From Dehalococcoidia bacterium (GTDB lineage Bacteria; Chloroflexota; Dehalococcoidia; Lucifugimonadales; UBA3495), in NCBI GenBank assembly GCA_965197565.1, contig CBDANK010000002.1, forward strand, positions 841,403-905,402: a stretch of 64,000 bases of DNA, written 5' to 3'. Positions 59,378-64,000 of the stretch are shown here, piece by piece (positions within the stretch are counted from its first letter, which is position 1; each line of letters starts with the position of its first letter). The notes below the pieces were generated by a model, which saw only the letters and a program-made list of their open reading frames with translations, ran no database searches and was not told the DNA's origin. The position numbers and the translations under genes are program-made.

Positions 59378-60457
59378 ATGGTCCCTGGATTCTTCGATAA
59401 CTTAAGAGATCACTCAGAAGTAAAACTTCGAATTCTTGGGAGCTTTCTTGCCCCGTGGGCGGCAAAACTCGGTTCGTTGGCCAGACGGGGTAACGGGATT
59501 ATTTGGTATGTCGATGGATTTGCCGGTGCAGGGAGATATGGTGATGGTAGGGATGGCTCACCTTTGCTTGGTCTACGGGAAGCACGACGACTCCTGAGTG
59601 TAAATAGAGATTACGCATTGGCATCTTTCTTCGTAGAAGCTAATCGGAATAATTGGCGGTCGCTCGAAGGAATAATTAGGCCGTTTAAGGCTGAAGGACT
59701 TCAGGTTCGCAATGAGCGCGGTGAATTTTCTGATTTAGTTGGATTGATTGATCAAACTACGAGTGGCTCACCTATCCTGTTATTTGTCGATCCGTTCGGA
59801 ATCAAGCCACTGGTATATACTCGTTTTAGACCACTTCTTACTCGGCGATCACCAGTAGACCTTATTCTAACTTTTCAGCACACAGCCGTACCCAGACTGG
59901 CTAAAGATCATCCTCACCTTGTCTCGCAAGCAATAGGTAGTGATGCTTGGTTAAGAGGATGGGACATGCTACAAGGCTCCGCGAACCAAACAGAGCACGT
60001 ACTTCGATTCTTTGCTAACAACCTTCGTCGCGATGGCAGGTTCTATAACGTGGTCAGCTATCCTATACGAGAACGGATCGATAAAGCTCCAAGGTACCAT
60101 TTGATGTTTGCCAGCAGGCACTACGATGCCTTTGAGCTGTGGAATGATCAGGTAGTTCAAGAGGACACACTGTTGTCCCAAAAACAATATCAGGGCCTCG
60201 CTACCCAATCTAGTTTCTTGCCGCAGTTTGATCAAGAAGTAGCCGGCGTTAACCTGTTGAATGGCATAAGGACGTTTGGTGCCTCCCACGCGCAGTTCAC
60301 CCGCAGAGACTTGGTAATGCATTTTGTCAGCAATTGGTGGGGCGCATACCATACAGGGGACATTAAGCGGGCAGTGGCATCACTGCTAGCAACTGGAGAT
60401 CTAAAAAGGGAACCCGGCCGAAGACGAGGAATTGACTTCGACTTTATGCATTTTTAA
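59378..60457 (+). CDS. tcmP: three-Cys-motif partner protein TcmP-like
   Basis: It lies 9 bp downstream of the DUF5131 gene. HSEVKLRILGSFLAPW, WYVDGFAGAGRY and LLFVDPFG match my recollection of TIGR04474. Confidence 0.7.
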   Translation: MVPGFFDNLRDHSEVKLRILGSFLAPWAAKLGSLARRGNGIIWYVDGFAGAGRYGDGRDGSPLLGLREARRLLSVNRDYALASFFVEANRNNWRSLEGIIRPFKAEGLQVRNERGEFSDLVGLIDQTTSGSPILLFVDPFGIKPLVYTRFRPLLTRRSPVDLILTFQHTAVPRLAKDHPHLVSQAIGSDAWLRGWDMLQGSANQTEHVLRFFANNLRRDGRFYNVVSYPIRERIDKAPRYHLMFASRHYDAFELWNDQVVQEDTLLSQKQYQGLATQSSFLPQFDQEVAGVNLLNGIRTFGASHAQFTRRDLVMHFVSNWWGAYHTGDIKRAVASLLATGDLKREPGRRRGIDFDFMHF

Positions 60458-60475
60458 GTAAAGGCGGCTACGCTA

Positions 60476-61216
60476 TTAGCCCTGGGCCCTGGTATGGCCT
60501 CTTGAGGTCTGGGTAGCTTGCTCGAGAAGACGCAGCTTTCTGATGCCCTTTTTGGTGTCGCTAGCTACCCGGGCCGGGTCCCATATTTTGAGGCGCCGCT
60601 TGTGGAGCCAGTAAGTGAATCCCTTTATGTCGGATAGGGAGAGGTGGCGGCGCTTGGGTATGTGGGCTTGTTGGCGGTACTCCTCCAGCAACTCCGACCG
60701 AGTGGCGCTGTACAGGTGAAGGAAAGCCTCCTCGACCAAGTCCTCGGTATCGGAATAGCCGCGAGCGGTATACCGCTTGCGCACCTCCTCCTCCGCCGAC
60801 AACTGCAAAGCCTCCTCGACCACCACTCCATACCAGAAATTCAGGTAAGCCCGGTATTTATTGACACCCAAGAGATCGCGGAAGGTCTCCGGTTCCACCG
60901 CTTCCGGGAGCTGCCCCCGGAAAAGCAACGACTCCTTCTCTTCGACTGGAATGATGCCGTCCAACTCGCTGCAGAGCCGCTCCGCTAGGACCAACCAATC
61001 GAAGGCCTCGCCTTGGATCAAATACCGGTAGGTCCGGCCCAGCAATTCTTCCTGGGGTCGGGTCCAGAGTCCAACGGCCTCCAATAGAGCCCGATGCCAA
61101 GGAACGCCGGACTGGGCCGCGGCCTTCAGGTGATGCAGTGCTTCCGGTGTCTGCTGGACCAGACCGGTCGACGGCTCGGTCCCGGAGAAAGGAGAGTAGC
61201 CGGGCTCGTTTTCCAT
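60476..61216 (-). CDS. hypothetical protein (246 aa), apparently co-transcribed with polX
   Basis: It has host-like GC and starts 4 bp after the polX stop. No motif was recognised. Confidence 0.55.
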   Translation of the reverse strand: MENEPGYSPFSGTEPSTGLVQQTPEALHHLKAAAQSGVPWHRALLEAVGLWTRPQEELLGRTYRYLIQGEAFDWLVLAERLCSELDGIIPVEEKESLLFRGQLPEAVEPETFRDLLGVNKYRAYLNFWYGVVVEEALQLSAEEEVRKRYTARGYSDTEDLVEEAFLHLYSATRSELLEEYRQQAHIPKRRHLSLSDIKGFTYWLHKRRLKIWDPARVASDTKKGIRKLRLLEQATQTSRGHTRAQG

Positions 61217-61219
61217 GAA

Positions 61220-62995
61220 CTACCAGGCCCCTGCTTGAGCGGCTTGGAACACTTGGGCGCGGTCCGGCTTTGGAGTGCGGATATAGGCCAGGAATCGGGC
61301 CAGAGGCAGTGCGTTTAGAATATGCTTTGGCTCACACCAAGCCCGCCGGGCCACCGCCACGCCAAATCGCCTCTGGCTCAGGTCGGCGTAATGGTGAGAG
61401 TCGGTGCTCACCACCAGAGGCACCCCCAACTCCCGCGCCCGGTAGGCGTGAGTGTCTTTCAGGTCCAGCCGTTCCGGCGAAGAGTTGATCTCCAGGGCCG
61501 TTCCGGTGGCCCGCGCTTCTTGGAGCACTGCCTCCAAGTCGAACTCTGTTGGCTGCCGTCTCCCCAGAAGCCGGGTGGAAAGGTGACCGATAATTGTAAC
61601 CGCTGGATGCCGCATGGCTTTTATAATGCGCTGGGTCATGGTGCGACTATCCTGTCCCATGGCCGAATGCACCGACGCCACCACCACGTCCAGCTTTTCC
61701 AGCAGTTCGTCCGGATAATCCAGGGTGCCGTCGGACCGTATGTCAACTTCCGAGCCGCACAATATGCTGATGGAGTGCTCCCCTTGCAGGGACCGCAAGA
61801 GACCTATCTGGTCGAGCAGGCGCTGCGGCGACAAGCCGTTGGCTATGCCAAGGCCCGATGAGTGGTCGGTAAGAGCCATGTATTCGTAGCCCTTGGCGGC
61901 TGCCGCCGAAACCATCTTCTCGATGGAGTCGCGGCCGTCGCTCCAGTCGCTATGCAGGTGAAGGTCTCCTCGAAGGTCGGACTCTTCGACCAGCATCGGC
62001 AGGCGGTCTTCCTGGGCTGCTTCCAGCTCCCACATGCCCGCCCGCAACTCCGGCGGAATGTAGGCCAAGCCAAGCCGAGAGTAGAACGCCCTTTCGTCGG
62101 GGTACTGCTCAGCAACACCCGTATCCAGGTTGGTGACGCCGTACTCATTCAGCGACAACCCGATGCGGTTGGCATAGTCTCGCAACCTGATGTTGTGCTG
62201 CTGGCTGCCGGTAAAGTACTGGAGCAGCGCGCCAAAAGACTCCAGACCCCCCAACCGCAGGTCCACTTGAATTCCGGGCTCTACAATCACGCTGGTCTTT
62301 TTGGGGCCGTGGACCAACACCTCGCGGACCACATCCAGGGAAACCAGGGCATCGCCGGCTTGTTCCGGGTGGGTGGATGTGCCCACTAGGTCGATGTCGC
62401 CAATGGTTTCCTCCCAACGCCGCAGGCTTCCAGCGGGGAACAGGGAGCCGATGTGCGGGCACTTATTCCGCAAGTCATGAGCGATCTCCTCGGCCAAGGG
62501 CAACGCTTGGCCGATGGGAGTCCGCGTGTCTTTGGCTTGTGAACTCTGTATGTGGCGAAGAATGTTGTCCGCAGCTTTCTTTCCCATCCGGGGAAGGGCG
62601 GCCATTCTCCCGTCGCTAATTGTTTGTTCCACCTCATCGATGCTGCTGATGCCCAGTTCTTGGCTGATTAGCAAGGCAGTCTTGGGTCCTATACCGGGCA
62701 CCTCCATCAGTGTCAGCACGCCTTGGGGCAATTCCGCCAGTAGCCTCTCGTAGGTAGAAACCCGGCCGGTTTGGAGCAACTCGTGGATCTTGCCGCTAAT
62801 GGCCTTGCCGATGCCGGGTATCCGTTTCAAGTCGGCTCCGTCATCCACCGCTTGGGCCAAAGGAAAGGAAAGTTGTTCAATGGTGCGGGCCGCCCGCTGG
62901 TATGCCCGTATTTTGAACACACTGTCTCCCTTGAGTTCCACGAGAATCGCCAAGTTCTCGAAAAAGCGGGCTATGTCCTCGTTGCTTTGCGTCAT
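61220..62995 (-). CDS. polX: DNA polymerase X family protein with a C-terminal PHP phosphoesterase domain
   Basis: The start is MTQSNEDIARFFENLAILVELKG. HhH motifs (IPGIGKAISGKI, VPGIGPKTA) are present. The PHP domain has GDLHLHSDWSDG, ALTDHS and VVSTDSH. Confidence 0.9.
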   Translation of the reverse strand: MTQSNEDIARFFENLAILVELKGDSVFKIRAYQRAARTIEQLSFPLAQAVDDGADLKRIPGIGKAISGKIHELLQTGRVSTYERLLAELPQGVLTLMEVPGIGPKTALLISQELGISSIDEVEQTISDGRMAALPRMGKKAADNILRHIQSSQAKDTRTPIGQALPLAEEIAHDLRNKCPHIGSLFPAGSLRRWEETIGDIDLVGTSTHPEQAGDALVSLDVVREVLVHGPKKTSVIVEPGIQVDLRLGGLESFGALLQYFTGSQQHNIRLRDYANRIGLSLNEYGVTNLDTGVAEQYPDERAFYSRLGLAYIPPELRAGMWELEAAQEDRLPMLVEESDLRGDLHLHSDWSDGRDSIEKMVSAAAAKGYEYMALTDHSSGLGIANGLSPQRLLDQIGLLRSLQGEHSISILCGSEVDIRSDGTLDYPDELLEKLDVVVASVHSAMGQDSRTMTQRIIKAMRHPAVTIIGHLSTRLLGRRQPTEFDLEAVLQEARATGTALEINSSPERLDLKDTHAYRARELGVPLVVSTDSHHYADLSQRRFGVAVARRAWCEPKHILNALPLARFLAYIRTPKPDRAQVFQAAQAGAW

Positions 62996-63159
62996 ACTGT
63001 GCAGCGTCAAACGTTGACCATTGCTGGCTGGCCTTATTATACTACTCTTCTTGGCGGGGCTCTCCCGCATATTAGCGGCGAAGATGGGAGGTTGGCGATG
63101 GGCGACACGGTATTCTTATCCGTCCGGTCCCCGGCATACTTTCAAGACAGGCGTCAACA

Positions 63160-63804
63160 GTGGATATAACCTGGCTGGGCCACGCCTGCTTCCGCATCCG
63201 CTCCGACGACCTAGTGGTGCTTACCGATCCTTACCCCTCGTCTTTGGGCCTGAAACCCGAAACCCGGCCCGCTACGGTAGTAACGATTAGCAATTCTCAC
63301 CCCAACCATAGTTGTTGGCAGGGTGTGGCGGGCGGTCCCAAGGTGTTCAACTCCGCCGGTGAGTACGAATATTCAGGCGTCAACGTCCGGGGGGTTATGA
63401 CGTCGCTGCCTCCGGAAACTCCCCATGAACAACGCAACGTTGCTTATTCCATCGAGATGGACGGCGTGAACGTCTGCCACCTGGGAGACATAGCGCGGCC
63501 GTTGACCACGCGCCAAGTGGAGGAGTTGGCCCCGGTGGATGTGCTTTTGGTCCCCACCGGGGGCGGTTGCACCCTGAACTTGGACCAAGTGCTCCAGACG
63601 ATGCAGGACTTGGCGCCGAAGATAGCTGTACCGATGCACCACGGCAATCATGGCGCGGGGCCGTCGCTACAGGATGTGGATGTCTTTTTGCGGCGGATGG
63701 GATTGAGCGAGGTCCAGTCCCAGCCCCGGTTGGTCGCTACCGCCGCCAACCTGCCCGCAGACATGAGGATAGTGCTGCTGGCCCCCTATGCCAAGGCCGG
63801 TTAG
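63160..63804 (+). CDS. MBL-fold metal-dependent hydrolase (UPF0173-like)
   Basis: MDITWLGHACFRI, LTDPY and ...HPNHS... are present. Confidence 0.8.
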   Translation: MDITWLGHACFRIRSDDLVVLTDPYPSSLGLKPETRPATVVTISNSHPNHSCWQGVAGGPKVFNSAGEYEYSGVNVRGVMTSLPPETPHEQRNVAYSIEMDGVNVCHLGDIARPLTTRQVEELAPVDVLLVPTGGGCTLNLDQVLQTMQDLAPKIAVPMHHGNHGAGPSLQDVDVFLRRMGLSEVQSQPRLVATAANLPADMRIVLLAPYAKAG

Positions 63805-64000
63805 CCCCCGGCCCTGCGGCGGGCCAAGAGGACCAGCCCGATTCCTCCAACCACGACAACCGCCCCGATAATCAAAGCCAGTCTTGGTATGGCGGTTACC
63901 GACCGGTCTCCAGGCACCGGCAGCGAGGCTGTGGGAGTAACCGTAGGAATTGGCGTCGCCGTGGGTGTAGGCGTGGCGACGGGCAGGGGCTGGTTGAAAT
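63801..64000 (-). CDS. C-terminal end of a secreted protein with a Pro/Thr linker and TM anchor (partial, start outside the window)
   Basis: The minus-strand frame reads ...[60 protein letters not shown]. Its stop (TAA, 63801-63803) overlaps the MBL stop. Confidence 0.45.
   Translation of the reverse strand, partial: FNQPLPVATPTPTATPIPTVTPTASLPVPGDRSVTAIPRLALIIGAVVVVGGIGLVLLARRRAGG

Overview
High-GC bacterial chromosomal window. The gene content (many CaiB/BaiF CoA-transferases, amidohydrolases, MmgE/PrpD, crotonase) resembles Chloroflexota, but that is inference only. Positions 0.6-16 kb are an insertion-sequence graveyard. It holds three IS630 copies that all keep an A7 -1 frameshift site, an IS5-like element with a CTAG duplication, an IS21 (istAB), two full and two partial IS110 elements, and fragments of IS3/IS481-type rve transposases, many nested in each other. 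Positions 16-44 kb carry catabolic and transport genes: amidohydrolase-2, formamidase, crotonase, MOSC, MmgE/PrpD, carbamoylase-type M20 amidase, CoxG, a 4-gene amino-acid ABC transporter, a DUF11 surface protein, P-II, two CaiB CoA-transferases, a cyclase, a PfkB kinase, a MaoC pair, LepB, Gfo/Idh/MocA and ALDH. Positions 44-64 kb hold a decayed low-GC islet (HicAB, methylase remnant) next to tRNA-Gly and tRNA-Phe, then housekeeping genes pdxST, tmk, aroC, aroE, valS and polX. At least 12 MITE-like repeats are scattered in intergenic DNA. Best leads: (1) both full IS110 copies have a 5' leader whose two variable loops match their own left and right insertion junctions, as in bridge RNAs; (2) a low-GC two-gene islet DUF5131 (three-Cys, Gp37/Gp68) + TcmP of unknown function lies between valS and polX; (3) a SelW/Rdx-like gene has an in-frame UGA at the CxxU position; (4) a CAGGG-ended MITE family shows perfect 10-bp target duplications; (5) several transposase genes are killed by perfect 11-14 bp tandem duplications. 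Caveat: several frameshifts, including one in valS and one in an aminotransferase G7 run, may be assembly errors. All coordinates and motif matches were read by eye and no searches were run.
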